This document shows, piece by piece, positions 21,924 to 35,748 of a stretch of 64,000 bases of DNA. Source of the stretch: Hydrolagus affinis (Eukaryota); assembly GCA_012026655.1 (NCBI GenBank), contig JAAILG010001240.1, positions 1 through 64,000 on the forward strand, read 5' to 3'. Position 1 is the first letter of the stretch, and each line of letters starts with the position of its first letter. The position numbers were made by a program, and so were the translations under genes. Below the pieces are notes generated by a model. It was given only the letters and a program-made list of their open reading frames with translations, was not told where the DNA came from and made no database searches.

Positions 21924-24756
21924 CTGAAAGGTAACATGAAAATGAACAAGTCAAAACTGATGCACCACTGATCACAGTTTAAATAAACATTTGACAGTTA
22001 TACAAGCTCAAGGTTGTAAAGTTAAAGTTGGCAGCATTTTACATGCATGCTCTGTAATGAGTTATTGTAATTTGATACAAATATTTTAGTATAGTGTAAT
22101 TTAATAGTATCTTAAAATGAAGAACAAGCAAAATAATAGAAAGGCGTTGAGATGAGGTTCATTAAATAACTGCCTCCCTTATTCCTCTGCCAACGGTGGT
22201 AGGAGTTTAAGTTATCTATTACATTTTTATTCAATCTGGGATTGGATCACAAAAATTTAATTTTTGCCTTTCTCAACAACCAAACACTAAATCACAAATG
22301 CAAACCCAGGTTAATTCTCTGAAATTAATTAATCCATCTATAAACGTAGAGCAATTGGTAAAATAATAGCTTTTCCTACATTTAACACAAGAATTACATG
22401 ATCCAATACATTCTGCACCATTAAGTGTTCGAATGCATTTCAAAACCTAAGCAGATTAGTCCTTCCAAAGATTTTGTTCACTTTTGGATTAGAATTCCCA
22501 GTATATTAAGGCTCTTTTTCCCACATGGTTGACAGAGCACATTATCATCATTCTGCCACATGCAGAATCTTCTTGGCAACATGCAGGCTTGAAACATACT
22601 CAGAGCCACTCTGCACGTAGAAAATTGATATTGCAAATTGCAGGGTCTTTTCTGAATATCCTTAAAGAATTAATCTACAGCAGAAGGTGTTTTTCATTAT
22701 ACAATAGCCAGTCCTGATCCTCTGTGAGTTCAGCGTCACTGTGAATAAATTGGCTGCACTACAGTTAATCTGTAAAATAATTTCCAGCCGTTAGTCACAT
22801 ACAAATGAGTATCTTGGGACAGCCTCCCATGAAAGACGTTGTATAAATGTAAATTTATATTGTATTGTACGCGCAAGTAACATATAATAATTTTTTATCT
22901 GGAAATCATAACCCAGGGTTGCTAATTAGCAATATTTTGTTTAGAACCAGCCCTGCTATTAATAATTCACCCAATAATATAAATACTCCATAATATAAAA
23001 CCGATTATAATTCAAGAACATAAGAAATAGGAGAAATACGAGAAACTTTTGCCATTTCAGGTTGCAGACTACAGTGAGCGAGTGAAGCTTCTGTAATGTT
23101 TAAACCTTAATGAAACTAGGTGGTTGAAGTCTCCCTTTGCAAATGAATTATTTACAATTTTTAAATAAGAGTTTTACTTAAATTGGATAATGTTGAAAAC
23201 ATTTGTACACACTTGATAAAACTTGTACTGCTAAGTGTAAAAACATTGTTTAGCGTATATCAACAATTTATGGATGTGATTTCCATATGTATGTGCATGC
23301 AATTGTGGAGCTCACAGTTTAGTTTGAATACTCTTAAGATGGTGATGGATTTCTTCAGAAAACTGACCGAAACAAAACAGCTTTTAGAAATGGAACACGC
23401 AAATAATAGTGCAGTGATACTATACAGTGACTGGTTGTTTTGCAGCTAAATAATTTAAATTACACTGAATTCAAAACCAATTCTGGGACAACCTGGGAAG
23501 ATACATCAGTTAATTTGCTGTTCAGACGATGCTATTCTCACAAACCTAATCATTTGTATGATTATAAATTATAATGTAATAAAATGAAATATTGATTGAC
23601 TAAATAACCAAACTGAAAATGAAGTGGATTATTTGCCTTCCTTGCTTGACTATTAAATATTTTAAATAAAAAAGTGGCCTAGGCTGAATTTTCTTTTTCT
23701 AGAATCCTGATGTACTTATACTGTTTGTACCTACAAGAACAGCAGTGAATGATCAAGCATGATCTTCCCTTTTGATGATAAACCAATTAATTTAACTACA
23801 GGGACTTTTTAAATTCTATGAAATGATTAGACAATTCTACTTCTCAGAACTACTGCACAATTTAATTCTGATAGCAAGAGCCTCAGTAGCTGATTTTATA
23901 AATGCAAGTTACTGATTTTATAAATCAGAGTAATTTATGGGATATATACTTTTAAATAAAATACATAAATAGCAGCAACAACAAATTACATTTGTACAAT
24001 GCCTTTCACATTGGGAGAATGCCGCAAGACACAAAACAACGAGTGGCATAAACATGTAATACACTAAAATTCTGGAACCAATTCACTATCTGTCTTGATA
24101 ATCTAATATCTTCTTGATAACTGTGAGAGCACTAAAAACATCATTTTTTGCAGCGATTTCCAATTTTGATTACAAAGTTCACATTTACTAATTGCCTCCT
24201 TGTTAAACAATTTGTAGTTCTTTTTATACTAATAAACCTTTAAAAGTAACAGTAGAGAAAAAACTGGCAAATGATGTGACATCAATACATGAAAGCTCTT
24301 AGGAGGATTAAGATTTACCAAACAACATATCTCTGTTATAAAATATATCTCACATTGGCTTTCATATCCTCTAAGCATAATGGATTCATTTACACACGAT
24401 GAAAATTTTAATCCAGATTGTGGCATTATGGAATTAGTAGCACCATTAAAATAACAGAAAAAGGAATTTAAATGCAGCTGAACAACTGTAAATTGTTCAT
24501 CTGAATTCAGATTATAAATACAATTCACCTAAGCTTTACCCCTCTGATTTGTTTTCTCTCGTCACCCATATTCCTTCCTCCTGATTACCTGTTCTTTAGG
24601 TATCACATGTAAATCATGACCTTGGTCCAGGCAATTTATTTGGTCTTCTTTGCTGCACTCCATGAGTTTATTGTTTACCTATATTAGTAAAACCATTATT
24701 TTGAATGAACTGAGAAAATAAAATGCATTTCTGTTCTGAAGCTCAGGTGTACTCAC

Positions 24757-24843
24757 CTGATAAGTGATCTCTGCCTTTACTGAATCAACAAGGCTTTTGT
24801 CAGTTGGATAAAGAGCACAGGCAAACATGAAATCTTGCCAAAT
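24757..24843 (-). CDS. MANBA: MANBA exon 10 (87 nt)
   Basis: ttgcag|[29 protein letters not shown]|gtgagt. Confidence 0.96.
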
Positions 24844-24968
24844 CTGCAAAGTGAATAAACCAGGTGGTATTTCAGGAAGTAAAAGCACTTTTTTTCATAG
24901 CCTTGCAAGGCAGTAATATTATATTTCCATCATTCAGTCAGCAAATTGTTAATAGAACCTATTATTTA

Positions 24969-25262
24969 GAATAATAATAATGAACCTTGCATTTGAAATA
25001 GCGTTTTTCACGTCTTCTAGACGTATCAAAAGTGCATCACAGAATATACTGTAAAGTGAATTGATTGTATATTTGTGGGCGAAACGCGGCAGCTAATTGC
25101 ATTGAAATGACCAATTTATAATTGCATTTTTTTTCTTGAGGGATTATTATCAAGCGTGTCGAGTAAGGAAACCTGCCCACGGTTTCGCCCTGACCTGCCT
25201 GGAATCGAACCCAGGTCTCTCGCTTGTAGGCAAATGCTCTAACCACTGAGCTACAGGACTCC
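24969..25262 (-). mobile_element. Near full-length tRNA-derived Deu-domain SINE
   Basis: Head gagtcctgtagctcagtggttagagc...ggttcgattcc, partly deleted core, (TTA)n tail. Confidence 0.9.
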
Positions 25263-25405
25263 ACCAGATAGAGAATGAGATACTGCTACTGTTTATAGAA
25301 CGGAGTTTTTAGCAGTCTGCTCTTGTACCACTTCAAAAAATTGGTAGACTTTTCCTAAAACCCTTAATCCTGAATTCACAAAACGTTCACTTTTTAATTT
25401 CTTAC

Positions 25406-25523
25406 CATAATTCCCAATTCATCACACAGATTATAGAATTCATCTTGTTCATACACTCCTCCTCCCCAAACTCTCAGTGCATTCATATTGGCATCCACTG
25501 CTGACTGCAGCAAGTTTTGTAAA
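25406..25523 (-). CDS. MANBA: MANBA exon 9 (118 nt)
   Basis: tcacag|[39 protein letters not shown]|gtaaga. Confidence 0.96.
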
Positions 25524-26074
25524 CTGTGAATCACACAAACGAGTATAGAATGTTATAAATAATGAACCAAAGATAGAACATCCAAGAAAAAATAAAACTG
25601 TAATCGCAATACTCAGAACAATAACATCAGCTGTTATGAATTGTTCTTCATGTTTAAAAGTCCTTCTGAGCTGACGTTACTGACAGTTCATTAAATGTTT
25701 AATCAACCAAAATGTCCCTCAAACAACTTCACCATCAATTTAAAAATAGTTAAGCAAACAAAATCAAACAAAGAGTGAAAAGCATAATTCATTTTGTAAC
25801 TATTTTTAGCATATAGTACTAAATCCCTTTCAAGGTTGTTTAATTTCCCAAAAAAGGTTTGAAACAGGAACATTATTAAACTGCATTTGCAATTACTTCA
25901 TTTTAGCATTCTATTGAAACCTAATACAAATAGTTATACTCTTATGGACTATATGGATTAACAAAGGTGATGCAAAAGTAGTATTTTTACAGCAAATTAT
26001 CTTTCATGTGTTGAATATTGCTTGTCGTAGTTTGGAAAATTAAAAATGTAAATGTGCAGGATCAGTCATTGTTA

Positions 26075-26665
26075 GACAACAAAATTACACTTGTATAGCG
26101 CCTTTCACATCAGGAGGATGTCCCAACATAGCATTTCAATTTTAAGATTTGGATCTTTGCATAAAGCTTTCCAACAACACAACTTGGATTTAACGCCAAA
26201 CAGCATCTCGGAGCACTTCACAATAACGGATCCCGGGGCCGAGCCAGGGGAAGGGGGGAAAAGATGACCAAAAGCACGGTTGAAAAGAAAAGTCGTTAGG
26301 CACGACCTGAAAATAAGAATAGAGGGGGCGAGGTGAAGGGAGTGAGGAAGGGAGTTCTAAAGCCCCAGGGGGTATTGGCTGAACGCATGGCCACCAACGG
26401 GGGAATGAAGGATTCGGGGGACAAGGAGGAGACCAGACCTGATAGAGCAAAGGCAATGGGTACTGTTGTGAGGAAAGAGGAGGTCAGAGAGGTAAGGGGA
26501 TGCAGAGAAGTGGAGGGATTTGAAAACAAGAACAAGGATCGTGAAATTGATCCGCTCTGAGACAGGGAGCCAGTGCAGTCTGGTAAGGACTGGGGTAATC
26601 GGGGAGCGGAGTTTGGTTACAGTGAGAATGCGGGCGGCGGAATTTTGGATAACCTGGATTTTATT
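26075..26665 (-). mobile_element. L2 LINE 3' end(s)
   Basis: Reverse-complement similarity to 44098-44672 and direct similarity to 57783-58372. Confidence 0.85.
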
Positions 26666-27671
26666 TCCAATAAAAGAGTAAACATTTTGAAAATGACTGG
26701 AAATTACCTTGAACCTCTCTAAATTGTCTGAAATTAAATTTTATACTAGTTCAATTAAAATTATGAATGGCTAAACTGGCACCAGCCTTGCCATAGAAAC
26801 CAGAAAATTAGACATGGTCCCTCACTGGCGCCATGACAGGCAGGCTGACAGAACATCAGGGGACTGGGGGTCGCAAAGTGAAGTGGAGAAATAGAATTGG
26901 GTGTCGTCCGCATACATGTGGAAATGTACCCCATATCTGCGGATGACATCACCAAGAGCTAGATGGCTATTATGGCTAGATGTCATTCAAATATATTTAA
27001 AGCTAGAAGCACAATCTGGGTTTGATTGCAATTCATTAAATCAGAAGAATCCTCCTCATATTGCTGGATTTAGGTCTACATCAGCACTGAGGGAAGGAAT
27101 GACTGAATAACATTTCTTCACAATGTTATGGGCATAATTATTTTAAGACACATTTCTGATATAATTCTCACATCCTCGTATGACAAACATATATCTTCAT
27201 TTCATTGTTCCCCAAATTAATATTTCCATATGCTCTTTTCAGTAGTCTCTGAGCCTATTTGTCAGTCTGTGCATGGAGGCTGCCTCTGATAACAAGAATG
27301 AAGAGCATACAAAGCAGGTATTCTTCCATTTTTCTTTATTCTAAATATCTTCTACACGCTACTGAAGACTGACCAAGTTTGTCAATAATTTGATGTATAT
27401 CAGATTCAAGTTTATAAAAACACATAACAATAGCAAGTTAGCAGATCTGTGATTGTATTGGGGGCAGGAAGACAAACAGGATATCAGGCAGACAGTGTCC
27501 TTGCAGAAAATGACCTCATAACTATGAAATATGTAAAACATTTGCAAAAGTCGAACAGTACATGTGGCAGGCCAAACCCTTCAGCTAGTTTTATTAAAAG
27601 GTAATCTTAACTATTTTATTTACTGATGTTGATGAATCCATTCATTGCAATTTTCTGAACCAAAAACCTAC

Positions 27672-27823
27672 ATGTCAGATGTCACTCTGTCCTGGAAGGC
27701 ATCTGCAGGAATCCAGTTTGAACCCTTCATGAATATTGGAACTCCATTGATTTTAAAATAAAAGCTTAGTCCAGGAGATCCTATGATAGGCTCTTGTACC
27801 AACTCCACAGTCCTAAAATAGAC
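27672..27823 (-). CDS. MANBA: MANBA exon 8 (152 nt)
   Basis: caacag|[50 protein letters not shown]|gtaggt. Confidence 0.96.
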
Positions 27824-28439
27824 CTGTTGAAATCATAAGAAATTCCTTAGTCAGGCAAGCGGGTTATAAAGATTACACATTATTGAAGGTTATACATCAT
27901 TAGGATACATAAAATAACTTACATTTTCATTTCAGGCACAAGGTAGGAGGAAGCGAGTCAGAGATATTCTGGGCTAGAATTCCAGAGGAGTAGCAGAATT
28001 ACTAAAAAAAAAACTCATCTGCTGATAGTGGGCTGGATATGGTAGGGGACATGAAGCAGGCTACATCCAAGCGAGCAATCAAATCAGTTGGGTTGAAGGT
28101 TGGAGAGACTGGGTGCGAGTGAGACCATGGAGGGGATGGAAGGTGAAAACGAACATCTTGAGCCAGTAAAGTTGAGTATTATTATTATGAGGGTCTTGTC
28201 ATCTCGGTGGACAGTATCTTATCATCATCTCTATGGACCTGGGGTGGTGTGGTGGGCTGAGGTAGGGAAAGGAGTATGCAATGTACAATTGAAGTGAGGA
28301 AAAGCCAAGTGAATAAACACAGATTTAAAATTTTACAGTTGGGAGTCAAACCAGATGTGCAGGTACATTAAATCCTAGCCGTTATGCATTAAAATATGGT
28401 TATTCTTCATGGATGCTTTTCACTCAGTCACAATTATAA

Positions 28440-28740
28440 TAAATAAATGATCCTTGAATTCGATATAGCGCTTTTCACATCTTTCAGATATCCTCAAAGT
28501 GCTTCACAGAATCTAATGTAAAGTGAATTGATTGTATATTTGTGGGTGAAACACAGCAGCCGATTGTGCCCAGCAGTGTCCCACAAACAGTCATGGATTG
28601 AGTGACCAAATTATTATTTTTAAAGGATTTTAAAGGATTTTTTTAAAGCATTATTATCCCTGGAAAACCAATCTGCCAATTAATGAACAACTGAGCTCCT
28701 AGGTAAACAGCATCGTGTGGAGTAAGGAAACTTGCCCACC
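28440..28740 (-). mobile_element. Deu-domain SINE (long variant, headless)
   Basis: Same core and tail as the other copies. Confidence 0.75.
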
Positions 28741-29226
28741 ATACTCCATTGAATCAGTTTGAAACTTAGGTATCTTGTTCGACCCTCAACTGTCCTTTAA
28801 ACCCCACATCCATCACTTGACCTGTTCAGCCTCAATTCTCCCCACTCTCTGTCTGCTCTCTCTTGTTCTCTCTCAATCAATCTCGCTGTATCCCTCTCTT
28901 TGCCTTCCTGACAGACTGCAGCGACAGCTAGTATTATTCTCACTCCCCGCACTGTGGCACACCCCCCTCCGCCAGCTGAGGCTGTTGTCACGAGAGAACA
29001 TTCAACAGGGAGGCGGCAGAAGTTGGAATCTTGGAAACGGTCTTGGGATAGATAAAATCTCCCGCCGGATGCCATCCGGCCCATGGGCCGACAATTAGGC
29101 CATGCTTCTTTACAGTAAGATGCTGTGAAGCAATTTGAGACATCTCAATAATGTAAAAGGTACTGTATAAAATGTAAGGACTATTATTGTTTAAGTACAG
29201 AAATTATTTCAGTAAAAACTACTGAC

Positions 29227-29337
29227 CTTAATGAACTTTTCAACATGAAAATTTCCTTTGATTGTGAAAGTGACACTCATGTTGTAGCCAGTCTGATTGC
29301 CATGACCATTGGGCCACCAAAGATCAATAGGAGTACT
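29227..29337 (-). CDS. MANBA: MANBA exon 7 (111 nt)
   Basis: tttcag|STPIDLWWPNGHGNQTGYNMSVTFTIKGNFHVEKFIK|gtcagt. Confidence 0.95.
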
Positions 29338-30232
29338 CTGAAACACAAAGTGAAAAACATAAAATAAATCTTGAGTGACGAATATATTGTTTTTGCACAT
29401 GCTTTTGTACAGATGAGTGCATAATAGAATAGACTTTTCCAATTATGATTTAATTACAAGTGTAAATATTGTACAGAGATTTTCTACCTTTGTCCATGGA
29501 AATGTCAGTATCATCCATAATCATCCATTTCACTGGAAAACATTTTTGATTGCCGATGGGGTAGGTGAGGGGGAGAAAAATTTAATTACCACCTTCTGTT
29601 AAAAATAATAGCCCTTTCATTTATTTTCATTTAATTGCTATGCACAAATTGGGTGCCACATTCGCCAACAATAACAGACATCGCACTGTACAGTATATTC
29701 AGTCAAACACTTTGGGGGATCCTCCTGACATGAAAGGCGATACAAAATGAAAGTTTTTTTTAAATTATTTATTCTGGCATACTGCAATTTTTTTCCTATC
29801 CCAACCTGCGATCATAACCTTGTTCAGAATTTACAGTAAAATCCTGTGACATGTTTGTGAGGCATCCTCCCAACGTAATAAGGCACTGTATCAAATGCAA
29901 GGAATATTTTATTATTATTCATTTGGAGGAATTGATGACCAGAGCATTAGGAATAAACAAAAATGGGTCACTAATTTGGGAGGATTTCCTGAGGATCGGC
30001 CGATCATAAATTGCCCAATCATATCGATTGGGCTGACATGATAAATGCTTAATCTCATCAACACTATGCCAAGAATCAATTCTCTAATTGAGAAACTTAA
30101 AAGCCATAATAACCTCAGAAAGAAGATCAAGAAACCAAGGGGTGTTTCCTGCAGAAGACAGGAATTATGAAAAGTACAAATTACAAGATTTCATAACCGA
30201 AGCTGAAATCTAGTCCAATCAAATCAATCAAT

Positions 30233-30460
30233 ACTTTCATTTATATAGTGCCTTTCACGTCGAGAGGACGTCCCAAGGCGCTGTACAGTCAAGTAGGGAC
30301 AAGAGCAGGGGAGGGAGGGGGTCGGGGCAGGATGAAGGAGACTAGGAAAATTGACTGTGTATTTGTGGTTGAAACGCGGCAGTCAAATTGCGCACAGCAG
30401 TGTCCCACAAACAGTCATGGAAATGGGATTAGGGGGGAAAGATAGCAAGGGGAGGGATCC
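30233..30460 (-). mobile_element. Headless Deu-core / L2-tail hybrid repeat (copy A)
   Basis: Reverse-complement match to 37735-37968, including the C-rich segment upstream of the Deu core. Confidence 0.65.
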
Positions 30461-30941
30461 ATTAGTATATTAGTCCAATACTGAAGGAGTGATGCATTGT
30501 TAAGTGTTACAGTCCTTTGGTCCATTGAATTTAGATCCTGCCTTCAATTCTTGTGAGTCAGATGTCTTTTAAAAAAAGATTCCATGCTGTTATTTGAAAG
30601 AATATTTTTTCAGTGTTCTCGTCAATAATCTTTAGTAACCTTTCGAACACAAAATAAATAATTCACTTTACAGTATATTCTGTAAAGCTCTTTGAAACGC
30701 CTCGAAGACGAGACAAGGCGCTATACCAAATGCAAGGATTTATTCTATTTAGCATTGGTCATTCAACTAATTACATACATAGGATGTTGGTGACACAGAT
30801 CAGATGCCATTTTTACCCACATAACTATCAATACAGTTCAAAAAGTAATTCATTCTGTGAGGATTCAGATGCTTTTTATGTAGTTAGAAGCTATATCGAA
30901 CACAAATGCGTTTTAAAAATCTGAAGAAACAGACGTCTCAC

Positions 30942-31117
30942 CTTGTTTATGTTCAGCTGCACTTTACTACGGCTCTCTCCGGGCTGAAGAATTATTTTGT
31001 AGGTATCTTGTATGTGTAAGGAGAGACTGCTAACAGTCAAATCACCTGTGATCGTCTTTGAATAACTAACGTCAAAAAAGGTCTCCACCTCCACTGACCA
31101 CTTCTGGGTTTCCTGAT
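30942..31117 (-). CDS. MANBA: MANBA exon 6 (176 nt)
   Basis: ttgtag|DQETQKWSVEVETFFDVSYSKTITGDLTVSSLSLHIQDTYKIILQPGESRSKVQLNINK|gtgaga. Confidence 0.92.
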
Positions 31118-31944
31118 CTACAAATTAAGAGACACACAACTGTTACATTAAAACACTGCTGGTCTATCACTGCTTTATTTCTCATCCATTTTTCAAACGC
31201 TTTGCTTGTGCTTCAAAACAGAAGGATGAAAATCTGTTACATCAACAAAGCAGGAATAAAATGGGTCCATGTGTTGGTGAGAATATTCCAGTTTACAAGT
31301 GCTAGACATCGGACAAACAGGAGATCAGATCAAAGTTCGTGGATTGGTTTAACACAGTTTAACAGTTAAAGTATCACAAGATAATCAGTGCTGCCTGAAT
31401 GTAACTAGCAATATAACTGTTGCTTTCATCAACAAGTAAAGGTGCTGGAAAGATGTTGGGAGAGAGATTAAGTAGCAGGTGCATCCAGAAGGAGGCCAAG
31501 AATTTGTCATTTGGCACAGATTACCCTGGATTGTCATTCTTAAACTGAATGAGAATCTGAGGAGCACCAGCAGTATTGTGGGGGGGGAGGACTGCGAGTA
31601 TGAAGCCAAATGTAGGTCACAATAACAGTTCTGGTCAATGCTGCAAACCCTATTCAAATAACCTCCCTGGAGGTGAGGAACGTGTTTGAATACCTCAGTA
31701 AGAATGCAAAGGTAAAATCAAGAATATGTGGCTAAATAATAATAATATGGCACAAAATTAAAAGATCCATGACATGACTGCATCTCCCAAAAATATGGGC
31801 TGCCATGATACAGAAATTTACGACTGTACATTGTTTATTCTCAAGAGGAATATTTGCCACAACAGGATGGAGGGCAATTCAATAATTAGAATTTCAAGGC
31901 AGTGGAGGAGATGATAATTTCCTTATATTCTCAGCTACCGTTCA

Positions 31945-32258
31945 GTGAAGGATCGACTCCCAAGATCCTCAAATTCGTATTCAAATCCATTCACTCGCTG
32001 GCACCTCCCTACCTCCTCACTCCCCAAACCCTCACCCAGTGCCTCTGCTCGAGTGGTACCCGCCTCCGTCAGAGGCCATGCTTTCAACCACAACACCCAA
32101 AAACTCTGGAACACTCTCCCTCAATTCCTCTGCCTTGCCCTTCCCCTTTTTCAAGCCCCACCTTTTAAACTGTGCTTACGGCTCGGAGCCAGGCTCCGCC
32201 ACTGTTAAACACCACCCTGCATGAAGGTCGCTATATAAGTGCAACTTGTTATTGTTGT
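31945..32258 (+). mobile_element. L2 LINE 3' end
   Basis: KILKFVFKSIHSLAPPYL motif; gctatataagtgcaacttgttattgttg tail. Confidence 0.75.
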
Positions 32259-32568
32259 TATATTCGAGGATTAGAGATTATTAGGATGATATTCAATGCA
32301 AGAATGCGACATAAACTTGTGATTTATAAAATGGTTACCTCAAGATCATTAAAGGGGAAATTATTTTAAATCATTACCTGAGATACTGAAGGGCAGAGGT
32401 CCTAAGGAATATTTGCCGATGATAAATTATCCCTCATAAATCTGCTGGAGTTCTGTGAGTCAATTCAATTTCACCTACTTTAGGATTTATTTAAACATAT
32501 CAAACATAAGACATACATTCAAGGACTATGCCTAAATGAAGCAATAATATTGTATTGCCAACACACAC

Positions 32569-32692
32569 CATAAATAGAAGTTGCAGTGAGATGTGTCAGG
32601 TGGCAGACATTAAACGTTTCGATTCTTATGTCTTTCCAGATGCCTTGTGTAGGAAAGGATGGTCCCCAGTCCCAGCTGAAAGAAGACTGCTC
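32569..32692 (-). CDS. MANBA: MANBA exon 5 (124 nt)
   Basis: ttctag|[41 protein letters not shown]|gtgtgt. Confidence 0.95.
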
Positions 32693-32782
32693 CTAGAAAT
32701 TAATGTACAGAAATGAACCACATTATTATTTTACATTAAATGCTAAATTATCTAAATTATCAAAAAGTGGAATATATAATAT

Positions 32783-33095
32783 AATAATATAATCCTTGAA
32801 TTTGATATAGCGCTTTTCACATCTTCTAGACGTCTCAAAGCGCTTCACAGAATATACTGTGAAGTGAATTGTTTGTATATTTGTGGGCGAAACGCAGCAA
32901 CCAATTGCGCACAGCAGTGTCCCACAAACAGTCGTGGATTGAAATGCCAAATTTTATTGTCGGTTTTTTTTGAGGGATTATTATTATGTGTATGGAGTAA
33001 GCAAACTTGCCCGAGGTTTCGCCCTGACCTGCCTGGATTCGAACACAGGTCTCACACTGGCAAGGCGAGTTCTCTAACCACTGAGCTACAGGATT
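32783..33095 (-). mobile_element. Full-length Deu-domain SINE
   Basis: A/B-box head, tgtgggacactgctgtgcgcaattgg core, L2-like tail. Confidence 0.9.
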
Positions 33096-33625
33096 CTTTA
33101 TCTGTGAAGAAAATTATATTACATCCACTATTACTAACCATTGGAATTGTTGAAAAGGGAGTTGCCAGCAAAGCAATGGCTCTGCTTTGTGTTCTTTATC
33201 CTGTCCATTCTCCACATGAGCCCTTCCTATTAGCCCTGTTTCCACCACTATCTGATTGTATTCCCAGCCTCACCCAAAATATAGGAAATGTATTTCTACT
33301 TGCAAAGTTTCTTTTTTTTAAAAAACAACTGTGCAGGTGCTTTCAATCTGTATTGATGCCAAATGTTCTGGTATGAAAAATTACAGCAGCATTTGGTGGG
33401 CAGGGTCCAAGTAGTTGAAGCCTGCATCTATTGTAACGCTTTAAAAATAAAGCCACTTTGAAGTTAAAACATCCTGGTCCAAAGGGTTCAGATAACTGCA
33501 GGCCACTGCAGTTTGCCAAAAGTACCACACTCAACATAAATATCTGCCTATTATCAGCTTCTGTTTCAATTGCTAGTTGCATTGTCAATTTAATTTATAA
33601 ATTTCTTGGTATTAAATTTTGTGTC

Positions 33626-33920
33626 GTCCTTTGGCTCAGTGGTTAGAGCACTCGCCCTGCAAGTGACAGACTTGGGTTCGATTCCAGGCAGGGCAAAACC
33701 TTAGGCAAGTTTCCTTATGCTTGATAATCACTCAAGAAAAAAATTAATAAATTAGTCACTTCTTTCCACGACTTGTTTGTGGGATACTGATGCACGCAAT
33801 TGGCTGCATGCGTTTCACCCAAAAATATAGTCAATTAACTTTGCAGTATATTCTGTGAAGTGCTTTGAAATGTCTAAAAGATATGAAAAAGCACTACATC
33901 AAATGCAAGGATTATTATTA
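33626..33920 (+). mobile_element. Full-length Deu-domain SINE
   Basis: tggctcagtggttagagc...ggttcgattcc head, core and tail. Confidence 0.88.
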
Positions 33921-35446
33921 ATCAGTCAATTCATCCAAGTTTCCACTCAATAATGTAATTATTGTCAAAAAAAATTCTAATAGATTTATGAGGGATAAAC
34001 TATTGTAACTTCTGTTATAATTTCTCTATTAGATTTGGGCTAACCAGTCTACAGACTCGACAGATTGTTGAGTATCAGAACAATAATGTCTATCCTCCCT
34101 TTAGGAAATTCTAAAAATACTGCAAAAGCTCCTTTATTTCCTCTTTCATTCCCTTAGGATTTGGGGTCTATGAAACCTGTTTCATGTACTTTGCCTTGAT
34201 TTGACGACAAAAAATCTGAAAGCAGAAGCAAGTTAATTATCAGTTAATATGCGGTTCTTTAATGTCTACATCAGACTTTGAATGCATTTTTTTTAATTAC
34301 TCTCATAATCTGCTGCAAACATTCAATGTACACAACTAATTCTCTCTGAATCACAAAGCAATCAACAATGATAGTTAAGTCTTTGAGGTGAGCTATTAAA
34401 CCAAGTTCAGGTAGATATTAAACACTCACGGCACTATTCAGGAGAAGGGAGTTTCTCCCGGTTTCCAGGCCAGCAAATCCCCCAGACAAAATTAGTTATT
34501 CATTTCTTGGCTGTGTGCAACATTGCTGTGTACAAATTGACTACTTCCCTACAAATAGACTTACTTACAGTAAGTCCTCTGAAGCGCTTCCAGGTATTTC
34601 AATGACAAATTGTACTCTGTTAAATGCCAGCATTGATAGTATTCATTCTAATAATTGATAGTAATATTCTCAATTTATTGCAAATGTATCCATCTTGTGT
34701 AGCGAGTGATCAGTGTTTACCAGTGTTGCAAATCAACTTTAACAACATAAGTGGTAATTAAGTATGGCGTGTAGCATATTAGATTTAACAACATAAGTGG
34801 CAATTAAGTATGGGATAAGTACATAAGGATTCTGGGAAGAATGACTTGAGGGAGTTGGCGAGAGAGAGAAAGAGGGGATTGGAAAGAAGCTGGATTGTAA
34901 AATTGCAATAAAGATTGGATTGAGTCAAAATTGTGTTTTGTGGATTAAAGAACATTACAACCAGCTGCTGATTGTCAGTAACCATGATTGTAATAGTCAG
35001 AAATTAATACTGTATAGCTGCATCTTATTACAAATTTAGATACAGTACCGAAGGTCATTTTGTATTGGCAACTAGTTTTGTAGGCAAGTTTCTCTGCTTT
35101 AACCATGAATTAGTCGCAAATAGAGTCTATTTCAAGATAACAATCATTAGTTAGCCAGTTGAATTCACATATATTGAGCATTGACAAGTGGTAAAGGAAC
35201 AAATATCACATTTATTTATAACAACATCTGGTTTCTATTAATTGCCACTAAGATTTGGTAAGGCCTGCTATCAATTTCAATAAGCTGTTTTTAAATCAAA
35301 GTAGATGATTAAAAGTAAAATCTACAGCTTGATATTTTACTCAAGGTTGCCAAATGAGGTTGACTGGGGAGTAGCTGTTACAATTTGTTTAAACAATGCT
35401 TTGATTTTTTTTAAAGACTTGAGATTTGCACATTCATCACTTACAT

Positions 35447-35748
35447 GAGTCTTATAGCTCAGTGGTCAGAGCACTCACCTCACAAATGAGGGACCTGGGT
35501 TTAATTCCAGGTAGGCGAAACCTTGGGCAGGTTTCCAGACGCCAAATAATAATCCCTCCCAAAAAAATTGGTCATTTCAATCCACAACTGTTTGTGGGAC
35601 ACTGCTGTGTGCAATTGGCTGCCGCACTTTGCCCACAAATATACAATCAATTCACTTTACAGTATATTCTGGTGAAGCACTTTGAGACGTCTAGAAGTCA
35701 TGAAAAGCACTATATCAAATGCAAGGATTATTATTACTATTATTATTA
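35447..35748 (+). mobile_element. Full-length Deu-domain SINE
   Basis: Head, core, (TTA)n tail. Confidence 0.88.

Noticed and set aside
25190-25262. tRNA-like sequences with A and B boxes (also near 10005, 17170, 33030, 33626, 35447, 51704, 55300)
   Set aside because: Each continues directly into the SINE core and tail; these are SINE heads, not tRNA genes.
32864-33376. 170-aa ORF
   Set aside because: Antisense SINE plus unique intron sequence; no splice or homology support.
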